Shown here: positions 22,020-33,493 of the stretch, one piece after another
Layout: the number at the start of each line of letters is the position of its first letter
Numbering within the stretch: the first letter of the stretch is position 1
Source: Pristiophorus japonicus
Taxonomy: Eukaryota
DNA: 64,000 bases
Assembly: GCF_044704955.1 (NCBI RefSeq)
Contig: NC_091992.1
Coordinates: 57,412,001 to 57,476,000 of the forward strand
Direction: 5' to 3'
Notes under the pieces: generated by a model
Database searches by the model: none
What the model was told of the DNA's origin: nothing
The model's input: only the letters and a program-made list of their open reading frames with translations
Position numbers and translations under genes: made by a program

Positions 22020-24245
22020 CTGCAGAATTCTCCCTGGCTGAAGCACTTTAACACAGGTAGGAAGATGGTTTATTTAATCTTTTCTTGGCTTATAAATGTT
22101 TATTCAGGTTGGATTTATTTGTATAATATTTGTAGAAGTATAAATAAGGATTTATTGTCGAATTTAATGAGTTCCCTTCCCCCCCCCCTCGTTCTGGACG
22201 CCTAATTTGTAACTTGCGCCTGATTTTTTAATGTGTAGAACAGGTTTTTTCAGTTCTACAAAAATCTTCACTGGCGCCATTCTACTTTAGTTTGGAGTAC
22301 ATTTTCACTGTGGAAACTTTCAAATCAGGCGCCAGTGGCCGGACACGCCCCCTTTTGAAGAAAAAATTCTGTTCTAAACTAGAACTGTTCTACCTGACTA
22401 GAACTGCAGAAAAAAAAATGTGGAGAATTGCGATTTCTAAAATAGTCCGTTCTCCACCAGTTGCTCCTAAAAATCAGGCGCGAATCATGTGGAAACTTGG
22501 GCCCATAAAGTTTAAATCCAGGTTCCCATTAATTTGCATATATCTCAAGTTGTTGACTGTCACACTTCTGGTTTATACGCTCGATATTTTTTCAGGTTCA
22601 TTGGTCACTCCCATTAGCGGACCCCATGTCTTCTACAATGAAAGTTGTACCTTTTTTACCCAAGCTCTACATAAATGAGCATGCAACACAGGGATTGTAT
22701 GAAGTAAGGCTTCAATTTTACATCAGGTCCCATAATGTACCATGCACCTTGATAGTGTATTAAGTGAATTCTCTTTTCTCTGCACATGGATAAACACCAA
22801 ATCGCGACACAAACCTCAAATAATAAGTGATTTTAGTTACACAAGATACATAAAGGAACACTCCAGAGTTAACACACTGATATATACATTTCCCTACAGT
22901 CCTCAATATATAAAACAAAGCAGCAAATTGCTGTCTCTCTAAATATGGATCTTAAATTCACGTTTACTGACCGTATACTTAATCAAGCCTTACCTTGTTA
23001 GACAGGCTATCATAGAACTTAAAAACCATAAAGACTTGCAGCTCCTGAGCGCAAGCCATACACATATTTCGATTGCTCAATCCCTCTCTTACACTAAAAA
23101 TCTTCCAATATAAATCTGTGGGATTAAATCTCTGCCCACCAAGTTTAGAATCACAGAAAACTCCAGTCAAACGGCTCAATTTTCCCCATACCGTTTTTTG
23201 GCGTATTACAAGAGTTACGCCCATTTTTTCTGGCTCCGACTACTCCAAAAAAAAAATTTGCAAGTTTCTCCGTTCTATTTTTTTCAAATTGGTGTCGCGC
23301 AGCCTGTCCTTTAGCTTCAGGGGGTGGAATGTAATATCTGCGCATGCGCGAAAAAAAATATTTTTTTTTTTAAGTGACTGCTATGGACGTGCATGCCCAG
23401 TACAGCTCCCAGTCTGCATTTGCCCATTTTTAAAGAGCCAGTTGGGTGTGAGAACTTCAATTCTCACTGGAAAAATCGGAGCTGCAATACAGTATGCAAC
23501 GCGGCTCAAGGAACAAGAATTTCTCTCAGAACGAAGTAGAGGCCCTGGTTCCTGTAATTGAGGCCAGATGGCACGAGCTGGACACCAGCAGAGGTCACAT
23601 AAAAGTTTCACCAAAAGAAATGAAGAAACACTGGAACCAACTTGCAGACAATTACTGTGCAATGGTGACCACCCCGAGGTCTGGAGGCCAGTGCAAAAGG
23701 AAGTGGCAGGACCTTGGTCAAGTAATTAGTGTAAGTAATATTTTCATTTATTCACTGGAATTGCAATTGTAAATGTGACCATCTGTATGCCCCACCAAGC
23801 AGAAAGAAACCCTCTCTAAAAGATTATATTTTCAACTTTGCAGAAGAAGATGGCACACAACAAAAGGGAAAGAACTCAAACAGAAGGAGGCCCGGCAAAT
23901 CTGCACCCACTGACACACTTGGAAGACAGGGTAGCTGTTTTGATGGGTCCTGCCTGGAGAAAAGCAACCACCACTGCACAAGCTGGGCTCACACTCGAGG
24001 GAGAGGGTAAGTCCTGCAAATTCCACAGTTTGGCTTTGCTAAATATTAAGTACAGCGCGGGCTAGCCATGCTTCGATTCATGGGGATGTCTCCGTCTGCT
24101 ACGCTTCGGTTGATGCAATGTGCTATCATTCATTGTGGTCCTTCAAACAAGCCGACTATCTGCGCTGTGTGAGCCTACTCATGCCACACTGCCCCTTCTC
24201 TGCTGCTAACCATTTGTCTGTTCTGTTATATTTTGCAGATCTGGA

Positions 24246-27160
24246 AACATAGAAAACAGGTGCAGGAGTAGGCCATTCGGTCCTTCGAGCCTGCACCACC
24301 ATTCAAAAAGATCATGGCTGATCATTCACCTCAGTACCCCTTTCCTGTTTACTCTCCATACCCCTTGATCCCTTTAGCCGAAGGGGCCATATCTAACTTC
24401 CTCTTGAATATATCCAATCAACTGGCATCAATAACTCTCTGCGGTAGAGAATTCGACAGGTTAACAACTCTCTGAGTGAAGAAGTTTTGCCTCATCTCGG
24501 TCCTAAATGGCTTACCCCTTATCCTTAGATTGTGACCCCTGGTTCTGGACTTCCCCAACATTGGGAACATTCTTCCTGCATCCCATCAGAATTTTATATG
24601 TTTCTATGAGATCCCCTCTCATTCTTCTAAATTCCAGTGAATACAGGCCCAGTCGATCCAGTCTCTCCTCATATGTCGGTCCTGCCATCCCGGGAATCAG
24701 TCTGGTGAACCTTCGCTGCACTCCCTCAATAGCAAGAACGTCCTTCCTCAGATTAGGAAACCAAAACTGAACACAATATTCCAGGTGAGGTCTCACCAAG
24801 GCCCTGTACAACTGCAGTAAGACCTCCCTGCTCCTATACTCAAATCCCCTAGCTATAAAGGCCAACATGCCATTTGCCTTCTTCACTGCCCGCTGTCCCT
24901 GCATGCCAACTTTCAATGACTGATGTACCATGGCACCCAGGTCTCGTTGCCCCTCCCCTTTTCCTAATCTGCCGCCATTCAGATAATAACCTGCCTTCCT
25001 GTTTTTGTCACCAAAGTGGATAACCTCACATTTACCCACATTATACTGCATCTGCCATGCATTTGCCCACTCATCTAACCTGTCCATTCACCCTGCAGGC
25101 TCTTAGCATCCTCCTCACAGCTCACACCGCCACCCAGCTTAGTGTCATCTGCGAACTTGGAGATAACGCACTCAATTCCTTCATCTAAATCATTGATGCA
25201 TGTTGTAAATAGCTGGGGTTCCAGTACTGAGCCCTGTGGCACCCCAATAGTCACTGCCTGCCATTCTGAAAAGGACCCATTTATCCCGACTCTCTGCTTC
25301 CTGTTTGCCAACGAGTTCTCTATCCACGTCAATACATTACCCCCAATACCACGTACTTTAATTGTGCACCCCAATCTCTTGTGTGGGACCTTGTCAAAAG
25401 CCTTTTGAAAATCCAAATACACCACATCCACTGGTTCTCCCTTGTCCACTCTACTAGTTACATCCTCAAAAATTTCTAGAAGATTTGTCAAGCATGATTT
25501 CCCTTTCATAAATCCATGCTGACTTGGACCGATCCTGTCATTGCTTTCCAAATGCGCTGCTATTTCATCTTAATAATTGATTCCAACATTTTCCCCACTA
25601 CTGATATCAGGCTATAATTCCCGGTTTTCTCTCTCCCTCCTTTAAGAAGTGAGGTTACATTAGCTACCCTCCAGTCCACAGTAACTTATCCAGACTGTTG
25701 GAAAATAATCATCAATGCATCCACTATTTCTAGGGTCACTTCCCTAAGTACTCTGGGATGCAGACTATCAAGCTCTGGGGATTTATTGGCCTTCAATCAC
25801 ATCAATTTCTCTAACACAATTTCCTGACTAATAAGGATTTCCTTCAGTTCCTCCTTCTCACTAGACCCTCAGTCCCTGTGTATTTCCGGAAGGTTATTTG
25901 TGTCTTCCTTTGTGAAGACAGAACCAAAGTGTTTGTTCAATTGGTCTGCCATTTCTTTGTTCCCCATTATAAATTCACCTGATTCTGACTGCAAGGGACC
26001 TACATTTGTCTTCACTAACCTTTTTCTCTTCACATATCTATAGAAGCTTTTGCAGTCAGCTTTTTTGTTCCCAGCAAACTTCCTCTCATACTCGATTTTC
26101 CCCCTCCTAATTAAACCCTTTGTCCTCCTCTGCAGAATTCTAAATTTCTCCCAGTCCTCAGGTTTGCTGCTTTTTCTGGCCAATTTATATGCCTCTTCCT
26201 TGGATTTAACACTATCCTTAATTTCCCTTGTTAGCCACGGTTGAGCCACCTTCCCTGTTTTATTTTTACTCCAGACAGGAATGTACAATTGTTGAAGTTC
26301 ATCCATGTGATCTTTAAATGTTTGCCATTGCCGATCCACCGTCAACCCTTTAAGTATCAATCGCCAGTCTATTTTAGCCAATTCATGTCTCATACCATCG
26401 AAGTTACCTTTCCTTAAGTTCAGGTCCCTAGTCTCTGAATTAACTGTGTCACTCTCCATCTTAATGAAGAATTCTACCATATTATGGTCACTTTTCCCCA
26501 AGGGGCCTCGCACAACAAGATTGCTAATTAGTCCTTTCTCATTACACATCACCCAGTCTAGGATGGCCAGCCCTCTGGTTGGTTCCTCGACATATTGGTC
26601 TAGAAAATCATCTCTAATACACTCCAGGAAATCCTCCTCCACTGTATTGCTACCAGTTTGGTTCGCCCAATCAATATGTAGATTAAAGTCGCCCATGATA
26701 ACTGCTGTACCTTTATGGCACACATCTCTAATTTCTTGTTTGATGCTGTCCCCAACCTCACTACTACTGTTTGGTGGTCTGTACACAACTCCCACTAGCA
26801 TTTTCTGCCCTTTGGAGTTCTGCAGCTCCATCCATACCGATTCCACATCATCCAAGCTAACGTCCTTCCTTACTATTGCATTAATTTCCTCTTTAACCAG
26901 GAATGCTACCCCACCTCCTTTTCCTTTCTGTCGATCCTTCCTGAATGTTGAATACCCCTGGATGTTGAGTTCCCAGCCTTGGTCACCCTGGAGCCATGTC
27001 TCCGTAATCCCAATTATATCATATTCGTTAATAGCTGCTTGCGCAGTTAATTCGTCCACCTTATTACGAATACTTCTCGCATTGAGGCACAGAGCCTTCA
27101 AGCTTGTCTTTTTAAATACACTTTGTCCCTTTAGAATTTTGCTGTAATGTGATTCATTTT
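24246..27160 (-). mobile_element. CR1 LINE (nearly whole ORF2: APE endonuclease + RT) inserted in Myb exon 3
   Basis: LNARSIRNK, IGITETW, VYRPP, GDFN, SDH, YLDFQKAFD, GVPQGS and KFADD motifs; TSD GATCTGGA (24238-24245) / GATTTGGA (27161-27168). Confidence 0.95.
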
Positions 27161-27377
27161 GATTTGGAGGCCAACCCTGGCGAGGTTGAAGCCGATGCAG
27201 AAGAAGATTCAGACGTGGATGAGCCTTAAGAGAACATCTTCCCATCCCACCTTCCAGACCCTGTGAGTGTGGGGAAGGGGGAGGGGAGGATGAAGACCCC
27301 ACTGTTATCCTCACTATGGAAGAGGTGCACGTGGCGCCCATTGAGGTGCCAGCCCCTTTCCTGAGTGCTTTCTCACA

Positions 27378-27531
27378 GTCCGAGGCTGGGAATTCCAGTG
27401 GGGTGCAGCGAGGCACACCCACAGCCCCACTGTCCGAGGATGCGGGTCCCAGTGGGACGCAGCGAGGCACACTCAGGGCCCCACCGTCCGAGACTGTGGG
27501 TCCCAGTGGGATGCAGCGAGCCACACCCAGG
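27378..27531 (+). repeat. Three in-frame 54-bp (18-aa) tandem repeats in Myb exon 3
   Basis: SEAGNSSGVQRGTPTAPL / SEDAGPSGTQRGTLRAPP / SETVGPSGMQRATPR. Confidence 0.85.
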
Positions 27532-28312
27532 GTGAGCAGGGGAAGGAGAGCTCGACAGCGCTCTCCTGAGGTGCAGGATCTAACTGTCAGTGAACATGAG
27601 GGAGGGAATGCTGCAGGTAGTTGAGACTCTGTCAGGGCACATGAGGGAGGGAATGTCGGAGTTAGCTACTGCAATAAGGGAACACGCCCAGACCCCGCGG
27701 CCATTGACAGAAACAACTGCCACTGCCACTCCAATCGCCAGACCAGCTTCTGAAGAGGCCCAAGCCGGGCCCTCCACATTACTGCCTGCCCGCACGCCCC
27801 ATCAAGAAGTGCGCATTACTCGAAAGAACCCGAGAAACGCTGGAGTCACCAAGACCAAGCGCAGCGGGCAGTCTTAGAATAAGGTGGAGGAGAGATGGGT
27901 GCAGCCATTCTTTGCTGTTGCTGCTGCTGTTGGTGTTGCTGCTCTTGTAACTGTTCCCAAATTAAACATTGTTTGTAAGTGATGTAAATTTACAAGTTTA
28001 AAAGTTTTTAAGTGATCTTAAAGTTTGTAAGTGAGCATAAAGTTTGCAAGTGATCTTAACTGAAAACTTTAAAGTTTGATGCAAGAATATTTTTGTTAAA
28101 GTGACGTGAAGTACAAACAAGTGTTTGTTAAACTTTTGAATAAAATATATTTCAAATTATAACTGAATCATTTCCATTATTTGTTCCATTATTAACACAA
28201 CTTTTTGAACTAAAGAAGAATCATTTCCATTATTTGTTCCATTAACACAACACATTACGGAACAGGTCCAAACAGTAAATATGGTCCATTTGGAATAGTT
28301 GCCGCTGAGCCT

Positions 28313-29354
28313 TCAGGCAGCAAAGCGTTTGCAGATGAGCTGCTGGCGCAAGGCTCGAGCAAGCGTTAAAGGGGCATGACGGCCCGCCCACCTCTGCCGT
28401 CGTGCTCCGGGTTCAGGTAGTTGCATGGCTTCCTCGTCCTCCTCCTCCTCATCATCAGCCACTCTCACCTTCTACTACCAGCTGCTGCTGCCTCATGATG
28501 GCTAAGTTATGCAGCATGCAGCACGCAACAGTGAACTGACCGATAATCTCAGGGGAGTATTACAAGTAGCCTCCAGAATGTTCCATCGGAAACGATGTTT
28601 CAAGATGCCAATGATCCTCTCTATTATGCTGCACGTCGCAATGAGCAGCATGTTGTATTCCTGGTCAGCTTCCATCTGGCTTATGCGTAGGGGTGTTATG
28701 AACCAAGTGGCGAGGCCGTACCCTTTGTCTCGCTGCTGCTGAAACATGGCAGATAAGGCGCTCTTGCGTAGGATGAACGCATCATGGGTGGTCCCAGGGT
28801 ATCTCGCATCAACTGACATGAAGCAATGCATGTCGTCACAGACAAGCTGCACATTAATGGAATGGAAGCCTTTTCTGTTCCTGTACATCTCAGAATCCTC
28901 CAAAGGTGCTCGCAAGGCGATGTGGGTACAATCAATGCAGTCCTGTAGCTTTGGGAAGCCAGCAATCCTGGAGAAGCCCACAGCCCTGTCATGCATTGCT
29001 TGGGCAGTAATGGGGAATTTTATGTCGTCATTCCTCCGGGCATATAGTGCAGCAGTCACCTGCCGAATGCAGATATGTGTTGCATGTTGAGAAATGGCGC
29101 ACACATCCCCAGTTGTGGCCTGGAATGATCCAGATGCATAAAATGAAAGTGCAACTGTAACCTTCACTTCAACTGACAAGGCAGTCCTCCTGATGCTTCT
29201 AGGTTACAGGTCCACTTTTACTAACTCGGTTACAACTTCTTTGCAGAAACACAGCCTTCTCACACAGTGCTCTGAGGTTCCTCATGTGATTATGTCTAAT
29301 CAATCGTCTCCTCCGCAGCACCATCATGCAAAAGGCTTGCACGAGGTATGGCAT
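28313..29354 (-). pseudogene. Harbinger DDE transposase (HARBI1-like), with frameshifts and deletions
   Basis: ALSFYASGSFQ, IAGFPKLQDCIDCTHI, YRNRKGFHSINVQLVCD, YPGTTHDAFIL, DKGY, IERIIGILKHRFR; ends RQQLICKRFAA*. Confidence 0.92.
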
Positions 29355-31716
29355 TGTCAATATTGCCCCCTTAATTAAATTGTAGGTTTGCAAGAAGCTC
29401 AAAACAGCGGGACAAAGGGCTTAAAGCTTCTTTACTCTCTCTCGCTCCCCAAGGTCGATACCCTAGTATGGACTACACCCTGGTCTGTGCATGCGCAATA
29501 GGCTTGCTTAGAACGGAAAGCTAGGCGTTCAATGAAGACATTTGGGGCAACAAAGTCAAATGCAATTCTTTAATTTTAGATTTTTTTCAAAGTACCACCC
29601 CATCACCGACTGAACGTCTCCTCACCTGGCTCAAGGGTCAGCCGGCAGAATCGCTCCCTCGCCCGGACACAGGGGCTCGGTATCCACCCCCTCCATTCCC
29701 CCCCCACCCTCCCCCGCACTCCCGAGGCTTCATTTGATGCTGCTGCTGCAGCAGAGTCCAAGCATTCTCATCCCTTCAGTTTGGCTTACACCCCACCCCA
29801 CTTCCACCACCCCCGGGCTTCTTTTGAAGCCAAGCCCCAAGCTCCTGTGTCCGGGCAAGGGAGCTTTTCTGCCGGCCGATGCACCGACCCTCGAGCCTGA
29901 TGAGGAGACATTTGGTTGATGGTGGGGTGGTACTTTGAAATAAATCAAAAATTAAAGAATTGCATTAGACTTCCATTTTCTCCCTTTTGACTTTGAAAAA
30001 AATTAAGCTTCATGATGCATATTCTTTGTCTTCTTGACTCCCTCCAAAACTTTGCCGAAAAACAATGGTGTCTTTCTGCGGCAATTTTTTAATGTGCGTT
30101 GGTTTTTCTTAAGCACCCTGAAGGATTTTTGGGATTGGCCACATATGCCGGTCTCGGAAAAATGTAAGTTGGCCAAACTTGCGTCAATGTGAAAAACTGG
30201 CGCAGACATCAGGTTACCAAAAAATACTAAGCTAAAAAAAATCGTAATTGAGTTACGCTGGCGCAGAAACTTTGGGGAAACTTGGATATTTTAATTTATG
30301 CCAAAAAAAGCGGAGTGCGCCAAAAGAACGGCGCAGATAACTGGGGAAAATTGAGCCCAAAGGCTCCGCCCTCTTTGCAAAGGATTCAGAAATAATTAAG
30401 TAAAGATGAGGGCCTATTATTGGATGTGACCCCCACAGTCTTCGCATAGTGAGCCATGAATGTTAATTGGTTAACATTCCATTTCCTGCTGTATGGCCTT
30501 ACACCTCGATGAAACCAAATGCAGACACTGATAGTTTCTATTGACAAGATACTTGTGATGCATTGTGAACCAAGCCCTTACATGTTGATTCTAGCACTAT
30601 CAAAATGCAAGTTTAAAAAAAACCAGATCCTAACTGATCTTGCCATTATAATTTAGGATTTATCCACTAATGAGGGAAAAAGTACTAAATCTTCAAGTCC
30701 ACGAAATTTAAAGAGAACAAACCAGGAAATAAGAAATAAAAGTGGAAATAGAACTGATCTTCGAGGCTTCATTGGCTATATTTCCAGGAATGTGGCCTCA
30801 CCTCGCCCTGGAGCCACAGTTGAAAGTTGGGGACGGAAACCCATAAGCAGCTTCCCTGGCATTGTATAATTTCTTTGCTGATATGGTTTCATAAATATTT
30901 TTGCATTGTTTTGTGGAGCACAGTGCAAATCCACTGCAGCCAGCCATTAATGAGTTGATGCACCGAGATGTTATCATCAAAGACACATCCCTTCAGCGTG
31001 TCCACTCGCCGAAGCAGGGTACGTTCTCTGCTGGCCTCTGAAACCCACTGTGGATTAGTTCTCAGATCATTTTCCAGTCATGGCTTAGAATTAGCTAATA
31101 CAAGACTACATTCAGGATAAGTACTGGTAAACATATACTTTCAGAAACAAACCTCTCGATATTATAGGCCAGAAATAATTTACCTGCAATTCCATAGATT
31201 GGAATTTGGTCGCGAGGGCAAAAGTAAATTTACATTCCATGTGTAGGATTTTGTTTTTATTTTAAAAATGTTTTTTTCTCCTGGTTCAGAATGAATTTAA
31301 AAAAGAAGTGTGTTCAGCAAACAAAATACTCAAAGATGTTCACCACACTATAGGTAGCACAACTATAGAAATGGTCTGTGAATTAAATAAAAGGTATCCA
31401 GGCAGCCATGGACAAAGCAAATGCAAACATCTCCGAAGGAGAAGCTAAGTATTGTGAAAATTGATATGGTCAGATTATTGGGATGGAATGAAGCTGTGAT
31501 CTAAACAGATGTGTGATCTTGTCATTTTTTAACCACCATGAGTGTTTTAAGTTTGTCACATAAAAATAATGTCAAATGCACAATTTTGTTTTGCTAATCT
31601 CACAAATAAATATATGGATTTTATCTGCACACTCGTATTTCAAGAGGGAAACTCTTCAGGTATTTATTCTTACATGGAATGAATTACATTATGAGGCCAT
31701 CTACTGCTGACTCCTT

Positions 31717-32545
31717 GGGCCCAAGGTTCCCTAATAAAAAAATAATGGCGCTCACTCAGCACTGAAAATAAAAATCCTAAGTTTTCTCCCACCATGTGCA
31801 CCTTCTGGCGCCGGCGTTACCCGAGCGGATCTCGCAGGGCGGGGCTTCCAGTGTGCATCTGAACTGCACAGTGCATGCGCTCAAAAAACCCCCAATTTTG
31901 TGTGTAGACCTTCGGCCTGGGATAGTAACGGGCTGCCATGGGTGGAGGACCTTTGGCCTGGGATAGCAATGGCTGCAGTCGACGTCGAGGAGAATCGGGA
32001 GAAGGCTGTACTGGATGGCAAAAGACTCTGATTTGCCTGCTGCTTTTTCAAACTTGGAGATTTTAAAAGGTTTCCCAGCACTTTTTAGATGATTTTGGGC
32101 AGTGAGAAAAAGGTAAAGATTTTTTCTTTTTTTTGCCAGCATTCATTTATCATCACAGGAGCATCAGTATTGGTAAGTTTATATTGACTTTTATTTTTAT
32201 ACCTGCATATTGTTAGCATTCGCTTTTAAAATTACCTAAAAGTTTATTTATAAGAGACAGGGTTAGGAGTAGGCCAAAAGTAAGGGTTTTTCCTACGGTG
32301 CTTTGAGGGTCTGTGCGTCGATTTTAGAAAATGTTGTTGCTGGAGAAAGTTGGCCTTATGCACAGAAATGGTGCAGAAGTTTCTTGTACAGGTACACCAG
32401 AGTCAGAAGGTATGGCGCCAAACATTCTGGCGCTGGTAGTAGACGCTGGTGCCCGACACTGGGGAATCTTTGAACTGGGCTTAGGTGCCAAAAAACTCAC
32501 TGAGCGCCGAAAAAACAGCACCCAGTGATGGGCAAACTTGGGGCC
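31717..32545. mobile_element. Harbinger-type MITE
   Basis: Imperfect TIR GGGCCCAAGGTTCCC / GGGCAAACTTGGGGCC; flanks CTT/TTT; TIR related to that of 21032-22504. Confidence 0.72.
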
Positions 32546-32901
32546 TTTATTTCTCATTTCAGTAAAGTGCAATAAATCACCCTTTGGCTTGAACGAGAAA
32601 CAAATTTACTTTGACAGCATATGTCTGACAGATTAATTTACCAGCTGTCAATTGTCAGCAAAAGGACAGCTTGAAAGGCTTCTAATACATTGCTGTAATT
32701 TCTTCAGTCAAAGAATTGTGGGAAGATCTAACAAATCTGCTGGTACTGTAGTGTTAGCAAGCAGAGAGCAGTGAACAAGACATAAAATGACAAAATCCAT
32801 AGCGATGGCCTCCTACAAAGGACGTGAGGCTTTCTTTGTTAAAATATGTAAACTTTCTGCTGTAAGCTCAGAAGCAGCAAAAACACAAGGGCATTCGACC
32901 T

Positions 32902-33218
32902 CATCATAGGCGGTCCCTCGAACGAGGATGACTTGCTTCCACCTGAGTTCACAGATGTTTCAATGAAGGACCCGATGTTCCAGTCCTGAATTCCAGTTGA
33001 AGGGGTGGAAGATGCCGGTGAGTGGATTTTTTTAACATGTGGTGACCATTGCACATCTGCCACCACACGGGCTTGATAAGAGCTAGGCCTTTATCCAGTG
33101 GCAAGGGTTAACCAGGACGACTGGAGACCTGCTCTGCTGCACAGACCTAGTGCGCACACATATCGCAGTGTGGGCTGGCCCGTACTGCCGCTGGGCCCTC
33201 GGCTCTTCTGGGCCCCGT
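32902..33218 (-). mobile_element. Non-autonomous RTE derivative, 5'-truncated copy
   Basis: Homologous to about 761-1070; TSD CATTCGACCT (32892-32901) / CATTCAACCT (33219-33228). Confidence 0.82.
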
Positions 33219-33493
33219 CATTCAACCTAAAAGGAGTGTGATATTTTAAAGGTGCCTGCATCACTTTACTGCTGCCCAACGGTGGCCAATAAAGCCAAGT
33301 GAACAACAACAAAACAGCTCCGTGAAAAATCCAATTTCGGGATTAAGCCAATCCTTTACTGAATCACTGATCAACAGACTCTATCCTGTTGCTGGGTTCT
33401 GACAAGATTTTTTTTAAATCTGAAGATGATTTAGCTCCTGGTTAGCATCAGGGCCTGATAGCCACACACTGTGGGATAAATCACTATGGTAAA

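Larger units (their letters stand above)
21032..22504. mobile_element. Harbinger-type MITE containing a GC-rich tandem array and the assembly gap
   Basis: Perfect 17-bp TIR GGGCCCAAGTTTCCACA / TGTGGAAACTTGGGCCC; TAA flanks both sides if one extra T/A base is counted in the TIR. Confidence 0.85.
23494..27877 (+). pseudogene. Harbinger Myb/SANT-like DNA-binding gene: exon 1 23494-23730, exon 2 23844-24006, exon 3 from 24239, split by CR1 and resuming near 27169
   Basis: KNFSQNEVEALV...W...HWNQLA...RSGGQCKRKWQDL trihelix motif; GTAAGT donors at 23731 and 24007; TTTGCAG acceptors; exon phases are compatible (0 then 1). Confidence 0.85.
23172..30358. mobile_element. PIF/Harbinger DNA transposon, complete structure but inactivated
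   Basis: TIR CGGCTCAATTTTCCCCA (23172) / TGGGGAAAATTGAGCCC (30342-30358); 3-bp TSD AAA; Myb/SANT gene on + and transposase on -, convergent. Confidence 0.92.

Noticed and set aside
21239-22054. Long Gly/Arg- and Pro-rich ORFs
   Set aside because: Translations of a GC-rich minisatellite plus N gap.
25869-27524. 551-aa ORF as a novel endonuclease with a repeat-containing N-terminus
   Set aside because: It is the antisense of Harbinger Myb exon 3 reading by chance into CR1 ORF2; the junction coincides with the CR1 TSD.
27960-28250. Short direct repeats (TTTGTAAGTGA; GAATCATTTCCATTATTTGTTCCATTA x2)
   Set aside because: AT-rich shared 3' UTR region between the convergent Harbinger genes; ordinary slippage duplications.
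28313-29354. Domesticated HARBI1 host gene
   Set aside because: Frameshifts and deletions, enclosed by TIRs/TSD and paired with a Myb gene, so it is a transposon copy.
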